DNA of 64,000 bases, taken from positions 14,609-78,608 of the IMG/VR virus record IMGVR_UViG_3300036942_000148, one strand, 5' to 3'. The stretch is from a virus (taxonomy: Duplodnaviria; Caudoviricetes). Below, piece after piece: positions 48,681 through 57,730 of this stretch (its first letter is position 1; each line of letters opens with the position of its first letter). The translations under genes were made by a program, and so were the position numbers. The notes below the pieces were generated by a model, which saw nothing but the letters and a program-made list of their open reading frames with translations, was not told where the DNA came from and did not search any database.

Positions 48681-49455
48681 ATTTTAAATTTTTTGTAGTA
48701 AATTCTTTCACGTATTTTAGGAATTTACCGTATTTCTTATCAAATATTTTTATATAATTATAATTACTCTCTTTTACTACTTTATCCTTAGTCCTTTCAA
48801 TGTCTATATCACGTTGTCTGTAGTGTTTATTATTTTTACTCTTAATTTCCACTATTAATTCCATAGAAGGTATATAAGCATCTGGTATATAATAATGTTC
48901 TTCATCATCCTTGGGACTGATATATTCGAATATCATAGGAGCTGGCATTATAATATCATCTGGATTCCATTTAAATAGTTCCAACATAGTAATTATAAAA
49001 TCTTCTTCATAACTCCCAGTATAATCAAATTCATGTTTATTTCCATCTTCATCTTTGAATTTGTATGTTCCCGATATACTTCTATTAGCTAACATTTCTT
49101 TCTGCTTTTCTGGGTCGTCCAATAGATGTTCTTTACCGTATTTCTTCATCATCCGTTGCTTGAATCGCTCTCTATATATTTTTTTGCACCTTTCGCTACA
49201 CAATCTGTTATACCTTTCGGACTTCTCATTGAAATCTGTAGGTTTTTTATCTATAATGCATTCACCATGTTTTTTATTGAGATTATAATTATTTCTATAA
49301 TTAAAATAAACCTGTGCTGGAGATATATCATCTAACTGATCATCATGCTCGTCTTCCATATGTCCGTACAGCTCTTCTTTTGCTTCTTCTTTCCCATCAG
49401 TTTTCTTGGGTATAGCATATCTATCATCGCAGTAAGGACATTTTATAGTTTTCAA
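48679..49455 (-). CDS. Zinc-finger plus PD-(D/E)xK (TnsA-like) endonuclease
   Basis: CPYC...HMEDEH finger, CSERC, and YIPDAYIPSMELIVEIKS active-site pattern. Confidence 0.7.
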   Translation of the reverse strand: MKTIKCPYCDDRYAIPKKTDGKEEAKEELYGHMEDEHDDQLDDISPAQVYFNYRNNYNLNKKHGECIIDKKPTDFNEKSERYNRLCSERCKKIYRERFKQRMMKKYGKEHLLDDPEKQKEMLANRSISGTYKFKDEDGNKHEFDYTGSYEEDFIITMLELFKWNPDDIIMPAPMIFEYISPKDDEEHYYIPDAYIPSMELIVEIKSKNNKHYRQRDIDIERTKDKVVKESNYNYIKIFDKKYGKFLKYVKEFTTKNLK

Positions 49456-49511
49456 TCACTTCACCTTCCTTTTTATTAAAAAAATTTAATAAACAATAAT
49501 AATAAGTAGCT

Positions 49512-49523
49512 TATAAATATGTT
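49512..49523 (-). promoter_or_regulatory. AACA-N6-TA promoter
   Basis: AACATATTTATA upstream of 49455. Confidence 0.5.
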
Positions 49524-49553
49524 AAGTTAATTATGAAAGTAGGTGAAAGCTGA

Positions 49554-49958
49554 GTGGGTAAAGAAGTTAAACTTGAAGTAAATCAATTTAAAACTTCTGG
49601 TGAATATGAAGGGATGATGGAAAAAGCTAGACTGATACAGAATTTATTTTTAATGAAGAAAGGTTCACATCCCACGCATCCAGATATAGGTTTAGGTATA
49701 GAACAATACGAGTTTGAAAGGTTAGATGATTCATTGATAAGAGAAATAACGGTAGAAGCTAACGAACAAATTCAGAGGTTTATTCCAAATAATAACTTTA
49801 CAGGTGTTAACATCCAGCCACTAGAAGGTAAGGATGGATCGATTAGCACAGTTGGAGTTTCAATTGGAATTAATACTGAATTATCTGAAGAACAAATAGC
49901 AATTTTATTCAATAAAAGTGAAGTAAACAGTAAAATAGTTTCACACATAATTATTTAA
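49554..49958 (+). CDS. Baseplate wedge gp25-like protein
   Basis: IQNLFLMKKGSHPTHPDIGLGIEQYEFE resembles the gp25/GPW motif. Confidence 0.7.
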   Translation: MGKEVKLEVNQFKTSGEYEGMMEKARLIQNLFLMKKGSHPTHPDIGLGIEQYEFERLDDSLIREITVEANEQIQRFIPNNNFTGVNIQPLEGKDGSISTVGVSIGINTELSEEQIAILFNKSEVNSKIVSHIII

Positions 49959-49971
49959 GGGGGAAGTTTTA

Positions 49972-51315
49972 ATGCCAGAAATCGATAACAGTATTAAAGA
50001 AAAATTAAAAGGACTTACACCAGAACAGAGAGAAGAATTGGGTATTTCCGATTTACAATTAGATAATGATGATGAAGAAGAAGTAAGTAAAGAAACAGTA
50101 GAAGAAATTGAAAAAACAGTAGAAGAAATTAGAGAAAATAAATCAAATGAAGATGAAGACGAAGAAGATAGAGTAGTAAATGAAGGTCACTTACCTATTA
50201 AAGATAATGCAGAAGTTCCAAGAATAAATCCTGACGATCTACCAGAAATGGAAGAAGAATCACAGTCAGGAGAAAGTATTAATAAAAGTGAAGACAGTGA
50301 GGTCAAAGGAATCACTCAAAAGAAAAATGATAATGTTGTTAATATCAGTCAAAAAGATGATGTATTCAGTAATATGGACTTAGAAAGTATTGAAATTACT
50401 GATAAAAATCCTTTGGATCAGTTTGATGATTTTAAAGAAGTATTCAGTAATGACAAATCAACATTCCAAGTAGGTGCCATTCAATCAGGTTACATTGCTA
50501 ATATGTCTGCTCTTGATATGGGAGATATTAATAAACTTATCACTTCTTCTCAAGATGCTTATAATGAGAGAAAAAGTTTATATAAAACTATCTATGACCA
50601 CGTAGAAAATACTAGTGTTGGTAAGATCACTTTCAATGATTGGTTGAAACTCACTTCATACGATGACATTCAAACATTACTATTCGGACTCTATGCTCAA
50701 ACATTCCCAGATACTAATAAATTTAATATTCAATGTCCAGAATGTGGAGAGCAAGTAGGTATCGAAGTAGATAATAACATGCTAATCCAAACTGAAGGTG
50801 AAGGAATTACTGACAAGATGAGAGAGTTGTTAAAGCAACAACATGAATCTGCCAGAGAATTACTAGAGAAATCTTTAGTTCATTCAACTGAAAGAGTTAG
50901 ACTTCCTGAGAGTAACGTTATTTTAGATATTACTACTCCTTCACTTAATGATCATTTAAAGTTATTGAGTCAAGACAGTAAGTTGATAGAGAATAACGCT
51001 AGTGAAGCATCATTAGTGTTATTTACTAAAAAGATTTTAATTCCAGACTATAAAGCTTCTAGAAAGAAAGGTAGACCTGTTTATAGTGAAGTAACTCAAT
51101 TTAAGAAGAAGATTCAAATTCTTAAGAGTCTTGGAGTTAAAGATGGTAAAGCTGTTAATCAAAAGTTTGCTGAAAGAAGTAATAGATATAAGATTGATTA
51201 TGCAATTAAAAATTATGAATGTCCAAACTGTCAGTCTCTGATTGATGAAATTCCTGTCGATCTTGAAACTGCGCTTTTTACACAAATAGTAAAGGTATAC
51301 GATCAGAGACAATAA
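49972..51315 (+). CDS. Baseplate hub assembly protein (T4 gp26-like) with an acidic N-terminus
   Basis: FNIQCPECG, ILDITTPSL and YECPNCQS motifs; follows the gp25-like gene. Confidence 0.55.
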   Translation: MPEIDNSIKEKLKGLTPEQREELGISDLQLDNDDEEEVSKETVEEIEKTVEEIRENKSNEDEDEEDRVVNEGHLPIKDNAEVPRINPDDLPEMEEESQSGESINKSEDSEVKGITQKKNDNVVNISQKDDVFSNMDLESIEITDKNPLDQFDDFKEVFSNDKSTFQVGAIQSGYIANMSALDMGDINKLITSSQDAYNERKSLYKTIYDHVENTSVGKITFNDWLKLTSYDDIQTLLFGLYAQTFPDTNKFNIQCPECGEQVGIEVDNNMLIQTEGEGITDKMRELLKQQHESARELLEKSLVHSTERVRLPESNVILDITTPSLNDHLKLLSQDSKLIENNASEASLVLFTKKILIPDYKASRKKGRPVYSEVTQFKKKIQILKSLGVKDGKAVNQKFAERSNRYKIDYAIKNYECPNCQSLIDEIPVDLETALFTQIVKVYDQRQ

Positions 51316-51512
51316 AAAAGATAGAAAAGAATGCTAAGTTCATCACGTCTATTTTAGATCTATTCGAAGGTCAACTCAGTGTTGATGATATTAATCACAC
51401 TGAGATACCTTTGCTATTTCAACTTATAGAAGCAAGGGAAAATCTAATTGAAGAGAAGAATAAAATGAGAAAAGATGCTATAAATAAAGAAAAACAAGGT
51501 AAAAATAAATAA
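51267..51512 (+). CDS. Startless 81-codon reading frame in the -1 frame overlapping the end of the 447-aa gene
   Basis: Open from after TGA 51264-66 to TAA 51510-12; protein-like (NAKFITSILDLFEGQLSVDDINHTEIPLLFQLIEARE); no ATG/GTG/TTG until about codon 48. Confidence 0.55.
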   Translation, partial: NCAFYTNSKGIRSETIKKIEKNAKFITSILDLFEGQLSVDDINHTEIPLLFQLIEARENLIEEKNKMRKDAINKEKQGKNK

Positions 51513-51566
51513 AGAAAAAGTAAGAGGATGCTTATTAATATTGGTAGTAAATAAAATGGAAGAAGG

Positions 51567-51932
51567 TTGATAAATATGAACAAGGAAATTTACAATGAAC
51601 TAACTAGTTTTGTTGGTCAAGAGCATTCCTCTTCTAATTTTCTTAATAGTTTAGATTACAAAGATAATGGAAAACGTTTAACTAAAATAATTACAGATTT
51701 GAAAGAAATCTTTGACATAGAAATTAGAGAGGGATATAAATCCGAAGAATTAATCGAAGACGAAGTTTTGACAATTGATAGAGAAGAAGATAAAGAATTT
51801 AAGTCATGTAAATTTGTATCGTTGAAAGAAGAAAATTTAACTTCTATTAAAAGTTATATAGAAGATAATTATATAAATGAAATTAAAGACATCAAAATAG
51901 AAAATGAACTATTATACTTAATATTAAAATAG
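51567..51932 (+). CDS. Hypothetical protein (start probably ATG 51576)
   Basis: Operonic ORF before the chaperonin; no GroES motifs. Confidence 0.7.
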   Translation: MINMNKEIYNELTSFVGQEHSSSNFLNSLDYKDNGKRLTKIITDLKEIFDIEIREGYKSEELIEDEVLTIDREEDKEFKSCKFVSLKEENLTSIKSYIEDNYINEIKDIKIENELLYLILK

Positions 51933-51941
51933 ATATGTTTT

Positions 51942-53807
51942 TTGAGGGGGAAATATTGGATGGAAAGTATTTTAGATAAAATGGATAATGTAATGAAGAA
52001 TAATAAAGTATTAAATTCTAAAGATACTACAGCTGAAGAAACTATTGAAGAATTAGATAATACATTAAAAGAAATTAAAAGTGAAATGTCACAGAGACCT
52101 GATTTTATTACTAGTAATATTATAGAAACTGATAAAGCATTGAATAGAATAGAAGAAACTTTAGAATATATTGCAAGTGTGCTATCAACAACCCTTGGAC
52201 CATTTGGTTCAACTACCATTATTCAAGATAGAATGTTACAACACACTATTACTAAAGATGGTTATAATGTATTAAAAAATATTGATATTGAAGAAGATTT
52301 ACCTAGAACAGTATTAGATATTGTAAGAAAGATTAGTCAGACGCTAGTTAGATCAGTGGGTGATGGTTCAACTTCATCTGTAATTATTGCTAATAACTTA
52401 TTCAAATCATTGAAAGAGTTAACTGAAAAATATAACGTTCCACCTAAGATTATTGTGGATCTTTTAAATAAATCTGTAGACATCTTCTCTGAAGAAATTA
52501 AAGAAAAAAGAACTCCTATCACTGATGAGAATTTCGATATTATAAAAAAGATTGCTTCTATCTCTACTAATAATGATGATGAAGCAGGAGAAATGGTTCA
52601 TGAAGTGTTCGGTAAGATTGGGAGACACGGCTTTGTTAATTTTGAGTTAGCGGACGCACCTGAAGATTATTATGAAATTTCTAATGGAATGGAGATCACT
52701 AGAGGTTATATCAATCAACTCTGTACTAATGATGATAATAGGAAAATTGCTGAATATGAAAATCCATTAGTATTCATGATGAATGATACTATGATGAAAG
52801 AAGATTTAGAATTAGTACATCAAATATCTCAACTGGCAACCTATGAAAAAGAAAGACCTTTAGTATTAATAGCTCCTAGTTATAGTTTATCTGCAGAGAA
52901 GTTTATTCATGAAAATCTTCTTAATAAAAGAAAAAATAAATTTAGATTAGTTGCTATTGATATTCCATATAAAAGACAGCAAGATAAAGATCAGTTTAGA
53001 GACTTAGCAATTTCTCTTGGATGTACTGTTTATGATAAAGTAGCAGGAGAAAGCTTCACGGGTAAAAGTTCTATAGATGAGTATGATTGGGATAGATTAG
53101 GAACTTGTAAAAAAATAGAAAGTAGATCTAACGTCACTAAGTTCATTGAACCTCAAGGTGAAGAAGAGAAGATTGAAAAAAGAGTAAAAGAAATCAGAGA
53201 AAAGTTAGAGAATTTAAAGCAAGATGATAGACCATTTAATATTGATGAAGATATATTCAGAGCTGAAAAACGCATTGCTTCTCTATCAAATTCTATGGCA
53301 ATCATCTATGTTGGTGGTAACTCTAATTCTGAGAAAGAAACTAAGAAACATTTATATGAGGACGCAGTCTATGCTACCCGTTCTGCACTGGAGTACGGCT
53401 ACATTATTGGTGGAAATTTAATTCTGCCAATGATACTTGAAAATGATGATAAATTTGATTCAATAGTGAAGTCCTTACAAGAAAAATTACCTAAAAACTT
53501 TTTCAAAAATTCCGAAAAAGAGGTAGGTTTTCTGGAGGATTTTCTGAATATTATAAATAGAGCGTTCAAAGGATCGTTTAAGGCAGTTCTTAAGAACGGT
53601 ATGATTGAAAAAGAAGAAGCTGATGATATTATAGATAAATGTATTGAAAACGAAAAGATTTACAACTTGAGAAATAAAGAATATCAAGATGGGGAAGAAG
53701 TTATTAACTCTGCTGAAACTGATATCGAAATCATCAAGTCTACGTTTTCTATCATCGGTTACCTAGTTACTAATGGTCAATTTATCACTCTGAATAAGAA
53801 TGACTAA
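51942..53807 (+). CDS. groEL: Phage chaperonin, GroEL-like (start probably ATG 51960)
   Basis: STTLGPFG, ITKDGYNV, VGDGSTSSV, EDAVYATRSALEYGYIIGG. Confidence 0.9.
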   Translation: MRGKYWMESILDKMDNVMKNNKVLNSKDTTAEETIEELDNTLKEIKSEMSQRPDFITSNIIETDKALNRIEETLEYIASVLSTTLGPFGSTTIIQDRMLQHTITKDGYNVLKNIDIEEDLPRTVLDIVRKISQTLVRSVGDGSTSSVIIANNLFKSLKELTEKYNVPPKIIVDLLNKSVDIFSEEIKEKRTPITDENFDIIKKIASISTNNDDEAGEMVHEVFGKIGRHGFVNFELADAPEDYYEISNGMEITRGYINQLCTNDDNRKIAEYENPLVFMMNDTMMKEDLELVHQISQLATYEKERPLVLIAPSYSLSAEKFIHENLLNKRKNKFRLVAIDIPYKRQQDKDQFRDLAISLGCTVYDKVAGESFTGKSSIDEYDWDRLGTCKKIESRSNVTKFIEPQGEEEKIEKRVKEIREKLENLKQDDRPFNIDEDIFRAEKRIASLSNSMAIIYVGGNSNSEKETKKHLYEDAVYATRSALEYGYIIGGNLILPMILENDDKFDSIVKSLQEKLPKNFFKNSEKEVGFLEDFLNIINRAFKGSFKAVLKNGMIEKEEADDIIDKCIENEKIYNLRNKEYQDGEEVINSAETDIEIIKSTFSIIGYLVTNGQFITLNKND

Positions 53808-53812
53808 ATAAA

Positions 53813-53862
53813 AAATAGTGGGAAGTTTATTATGGGAATATAAAATAAACTTCTCACTATTT
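53813..53862 (+). terminator. Long-stem terminator
   Basis: AAATAGTGGGAAGTTTATT/AATAAACTTCTCACTATTT with one G.U pair. Confidence 0.7.
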
Positions 53863-53912
53863 CTATCTGTAAAAACTTACAAATTTATTATGTTGAGGAG
53901 AGGAGATTATTT

Positions 53913-54533
53913 ATGCCAAAAAAACTAACGTTAAACCAATTTATTTCAAACCCTACTGGAAAGTATTCTGCTGAGGTGGGACGGAGAGATTTAATTAAAA
54001 GTTCATTAAAGCGTCAGTTCCAACAACTTTTACGTGAGCATAATAACAAGTTTCAGTGGAGGATCTATCAACCAAGTGCTAATAAGAATAAATTCTTATT
54101 TCATTTTAAAATTCCTTCTACCACTAAGAAAGACTTATTTTATGATGTAGTACTTCAATTTACTGAAAATGATAAGGGGAAAACTACTATATCTGACTTT
54201 GACATGAAAGTATTTAGCAATGCACCTAACTTCATGTTCACCTATGCTTATGTATTGAATGAAGATGATCTATTGATTGATTTATTGAAATCCAAGATTG
54301 ATAGGAGAGCACTTACTCAAGAACCAGATAAGAGAAATCCTAGTGAGGATTTGGGTTTTGAAAAAAGTATGTACTTTGCGGGTCTTTACATTAAGGACGC
54401 CAGAATGTATTACATCAGTCAAATTAAGAAAAACGTTAGCAAGTGGAATAGGGAAAGTTTCCTTGATTCCATTGCAACCACTACTGAAAAATTAGAGGAG
54501 TATCAGAATAAAGAAAAGAAAGATAAAAAATAA
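53913..54533 (+). CDS. Hypothetical protein
   Basis: GAGGAGAGGAG SD; 206 aa. Confidence 0.8.
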   Translation: MPKKLTLNQFISNPTGKYSAEVGRRDLIKSSLKRQFQQLLREHNNKFQWRIYQPSANKNKFLFHFKIPSTTKKDLFYDVVLQFTENDKGKTTISDFDMKVFSNAPNFMFTYAYVLNEDDLLIDLLKSKIDRRALTQEPDKRNPSEDLGFEKSMYFAGLYIKDARMYYISQIKKNVSKWNRESFLDSIATTTEKLEEYQNKEKKDKK

Positions 54534-54545
54534 ATATATATTATT
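54532..54545 (+). promoter_or_regulatory. Putative early promoter
   Basis: AAATATATATTATT upstream of 54613. Confidence 0.6.
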
Positions 54546-54612
54546 TTAATGAAAGTTTAGTTTGAGGTCAGTTTATAATAAATATAAAATATAAACAGGA
54601 GGATGATTAGTA

Positions 54613-56076
54613 GTGGCAGAATCGGATAAATGGGAGGACTTAATTCATAGGACTGACAGCAGGGATCTCATAATAAGATTCGATGAAATATTCAATCAAC
54701 CAGACATCGACCACATGAACGACTTCTACATTAGAAAGAAGAAAAACTTTTCTAATACGATTGATGACGTAGTAGAAAGTGTCCAGATAGGATTTAGAAA
54801 CACTGAAGATATCGATATGGAGTATCTGACTCTAAAGTATAAGATGATAAAGGAAGAAATTTCGACAGAAGATGAGTTATACGACTATATTAAAGAAAAT
54901 ATTCTCACTGACGAGTTGTTGGAAACGTTTAGTAATTTCGTGGAGGAAAATTACCAAATTGACTTAGAGGACGTGGAGGATGAAGATGTAATTAATGAAA
55001 GTCTACAGATCAATAATAAACATGGTAAATGCATTTATAAGTCAGCGTATACTATTAGGTTTATCGCTCCATTGATCACTGAGTTTTATAATATTCAGAA
55101 CACCAAAGTGGACAAAAAATTCTTAATGAGAATGTTCCATGCAGTTTATGAAAAGTTCAATACAGATGACATTGATTTATTCAATAAACTTCATAAATTC
55201 GTCCAAAGTAGAGTTGTTACAACGCAATATTCTGATAGAAAGCAATGGAACTTCTTTAAAAGACTTGGTTTATCTTCTAAAGATCTAATATCAGAAATAT
55301 ATGAAAAGATATTAATCAATAGTATCCCTAAAGGTCTTATCGATCAAAATATAGTTAATTACTTTGCAGTAGTCATCAGGAGAAGCATCAGTTATTTCTT
55401 CCAGAGACCTTATGAATCTGACTATAGTTCCATCAATCTGAATTATGTAGATAGTGATGGATTAAGTAACTTAGATAAGTTAGAGATCAATATGGAAAGG
55501 TTGGATGAAGGTGAAGCTATATTAAAAAGACTTAATATCGATAGCACCATCAAAACATTGTTGAACAGGTTTGACTTCACAGTTACTAAAGAAGAATTAG
55601 ATTACTATATGGATAATGTTAAAATCAATAAACTTCAAACTAATCTCGTATTCTTGTTTTATTCTAGACATATGGGAAGTTATAAGAATCTTTATAATTG
55701 TACAAAGGAAGAATATATTGTAATATTAATCTTGATGTATAAGTATTTAGATAATAATGGTTTCTCTGTACTGAATAAATATCTGACAGGAATACCTTAT
55801 GAATTTAATCCTAAGAAGATGAAGAAAAAGAGGTTTGTTGAAGATCTTGTAGAGAGTAAGAAGTTTTTGAAATTAATGAATTACAAGTACAAGTATGTAA
55901 ATAATATAATGGTCGATAGTGGAGTAATTACTAAGATGATTTCTACCATCAATAATAATGAGTTTTACCATCTACCCCCTCTCGAAGAAGCAGAGGACGG
56001 TATGGAAGCTGAATATATTGATTATGGAATTAAAGAAATTACTAATGAACTATTAAGATTTATAGAGATAATTTAA
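54613..56076 (+). CDS. Candidate sigma-like promoter-specificity subunit of the non-virion RNAP (AR9 gp226/phiKZ gp68-like)
   Basis: 487 aa; NSIPKGLIDQNIVNYFAVVIRRSISYF resembles sigma region 2.3; two genes from the chaperonin, as for AR9 gp226 and gp228. Confidence 0.55.
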   Translation: MAESDKWEDLIHRTDSRDLIIRFDEIFNQPDIDHMNDFYIRKKKNFSNTIDDVVESVQIGFRNTEDIDMEYLTLKYKMIKEEISTEDELYDYIKENILTDELLETFSNFVEENYQIDLEDVEDEDVINESLQINNKHGKCIYKSAYTIRFIAPLITEFYNIQNTKVDKKFLMRMFHAVYEKFNTDDIDLFNKLHKFVQSRVVTTQYSDRKQWNFFKRLGLSSKDLISEIYEKILINSIPKGLIDQNIVNYFAVVIRRSISYFFQRPYESDYSSINLNYVDSDGLSNLDKLEINMERLDEGEAILKRLNIDSTIKTLLNRFDFTVTKEELDYYMDNVKINKLQTNLVFLFYSRHMGSYKNLYNCTKEEYIVILILMYKYLDNNGFSVLNKYLTGIPYEFNPKKMKKKRFVEDLVESKKFLKLMNYKYKYVNNIMVDSGVITKMISTINNNEFYHLPPLEEAEDGMEAEYIDYGIKEITNELLRFIEII

Positions 56077-56185
56077 ATTCGTAGTGGAAGATAAATTTAA
56101 ATTTTTGATAATGAAGTGGGTGATATGAATCGGATTAAACTTATTTGACAAACTAAGCAATGAACTTAATGTTTGTTACACTAAC

Positions 56186-57145
56186 GTGTCTGGAAGTGAG
56201 ATAATAACTAGATGTCCTGTCTGCGGAGATAGTGTTAAGAATCCTCATAAAGGACACCTTTATATTGAAAACGAACCACCCTTTAGAGTTCACTGTCAAC
56301 GATGTAAGTTTTCATCAGTATTGAATTCTAACTTTTTGAGAGAGCTTAAAGTTCACGATAATGAACTCAAGGTATTCGTAAATAAGAAATCCAAGCAGTA
56401 CAGGTATCAAAATAACATCAGTACTAGAAAGATAAATAAAATAGGATTCCAAACAGACAGCCATAAGATACCTATACTAAATTGGACTAGTAATCACGAG
56501 AAAAAGTTAGACTATCTGAATGATAGATTGGGAATAGATATCAAACTAAATCAAACCAAAGATTATAAAATAATATTAGATCTCAAAGAATTCATAAAAG
56601 TTAATAAAATTAATATACTAAATAATAAAGATATCTTACCCGACCTTCAGAAAGATTTTATAGGTTTCCTTTCTTATGACGAAAATTATATAGTGTTTAG
56701 GAATACTAATAAAAATAATAATCTCGATAGATACTTCATATACAATATATATGACAAATACGACAACACTAATAAATTTTATGTGATCCCGAATAAAATT
56801 GACGTGCTGTCTGAGAGTATAAACATCAAGATAACTGAGGGTGTAATAGATTTATATGGAGTTTATTTCAACTTATTCAACCAAAAGTCCGATGGAAGAA
56901 CTCTTTACATTTCAGCTAATGGGAAAGGGTACGGTTTCGTATTGAAATATATAGCTAAATTAGGTTTTCTTGATATGAATATCGAATTCTATGCTGATTC
57001 GGAAGTAGATATCAGTTACTTCAAATATATAAAGAGAAACACGGAATTCTTGAAGGACAATCGAATAAAGATACTGTACAATAAGAAGGATGAAGACTTC
57101 GGGGTTAAAAAAGAAAATATAGAAACAAAATTTAACTATATATAA
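56186..57145 (+). CDS. DNA primase (zinc finger plus TOPRIM); N-terminus may be frameshifted
   Basis: RCPVCGD...HLY...HCQRC zinc finger; ITEGVIDL and YADSE TOPRIM motifs. Confidence 0.8.
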   Translation: MSGSEIITRCPVCGDSVKNPHKGHLYIENEPPFRVHCQRCKFSSVLNSNFLRELKVHDNELKVFVNKKSKQYRYQNNISTRKINKIGFQTDSHKIPILNWTSNHEKKLDYLNDRLGIDIKLNQTKDYKIILDLKEFIKVNKINILNNKDILPDLQKDFIGFLSYDENYIVFRNTNKNNNLDRYFIYNIYDKYDNTNKFYVIPNKIDVLSESINIKITEGVIDLYGVYFNLFNQKSDGRTLYISANGKGYGFVLKYIAKLGFLDMNIEFYADSEVDISYFKYIKRNTEFLKDNRIKILYNKKDEDFGVKKENIETKFNYI

Positions 57146-57183
57146 TAAGATGAGGATAATGTTCTCATCTTATTTTTTTTTTT
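57144..57183 (+). terminator. Intrinsic terminator
   Basis: AATAAGATGAG/CTCATCTTATT plus T run. Confidence 0.75.
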
Positions 57184-57687
57184 ATGAAAACAACTTTTAA
57201 CAATTATTATAAAGGAGTGATTTTGAATATGATAGAAATTAGTTTAGCTAATGTATCTTATTTTTTTAACTTTTCTCTTATTTTTATTATAATCTATTTA
57301 GTGAGAAAGAACAAGCAATACAAACAAGCCAATCAAAAAGTGTCTTCAGAATTACAAAGAGCTAAGAAGAATATCGACTACGAAAAACATATAAAATTTT
57401 TACACAATCTTATTCAATTCAAATTAGAAGTTAACAAGGATTACTATATAGAAGCATTAGTAAGTGGGGAAGAGATGTTAGTTAATGATGATATTTATGA
57501 GAAATATTTACGGGATATCTCTAAGGAAATCATAGATAGTCTGAGCGAAGACTATAGATACACCATGAGGAAATATTTCAAGGATGAGTCTTTAGATGAA
57601 TATATCATATCTTTGGTTAATTACTCTCTGATAGAGATGATCAACAGTATAAATAATGATAAGATAACCGATATATTAAATCGATGA
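57184..57687 (+). CDS. Single-pass membrane protein (start probably ATG 57229)
   Basis: AAAGGAG SD before 57229; YFFNFSLIFIIIYLV followed by RKNK. Confidence 0.7.
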   Translation: MKTTFNNYYKGVILNMIEISLANVSYFFNFSLIFIIIYLVRKNKQYKQANQKVSSELQRAKKNIDYEKHIKFLHNLIQFKLEVNKDYYIEALVSGEEMLVNDDIYEKYLRDISKEIIDSLSEDYRYTMRKYFKDESLDEYIISLVNYSLIEMINSINNDKITDILNR

Positions 57688-57690
57688 ACT

Positions 57691-57702
57691 AACAATTTTA
57701 TA
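57691..57702 (+). promoter_or_regulatory. AACA-N6-TA late-type promoter
   Basis: AACAATTTTATA heading the tail operon. Confidence 0.65.
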
Positions 57703-57730
57703 ATTAAAGTAAATAAAAAGGAGGACGAAT

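Noticed and set aside
49492-49503. AACA-N6-TA promoter for the gp25-like gene
   Set aside because: Reads AACA-ATAATA-AT, not an exact match, so not counted
51567-51932. GroES co-chaperonin
   Set aside because: No PLxDRV or mobile-loop motifs; only its position suggested it
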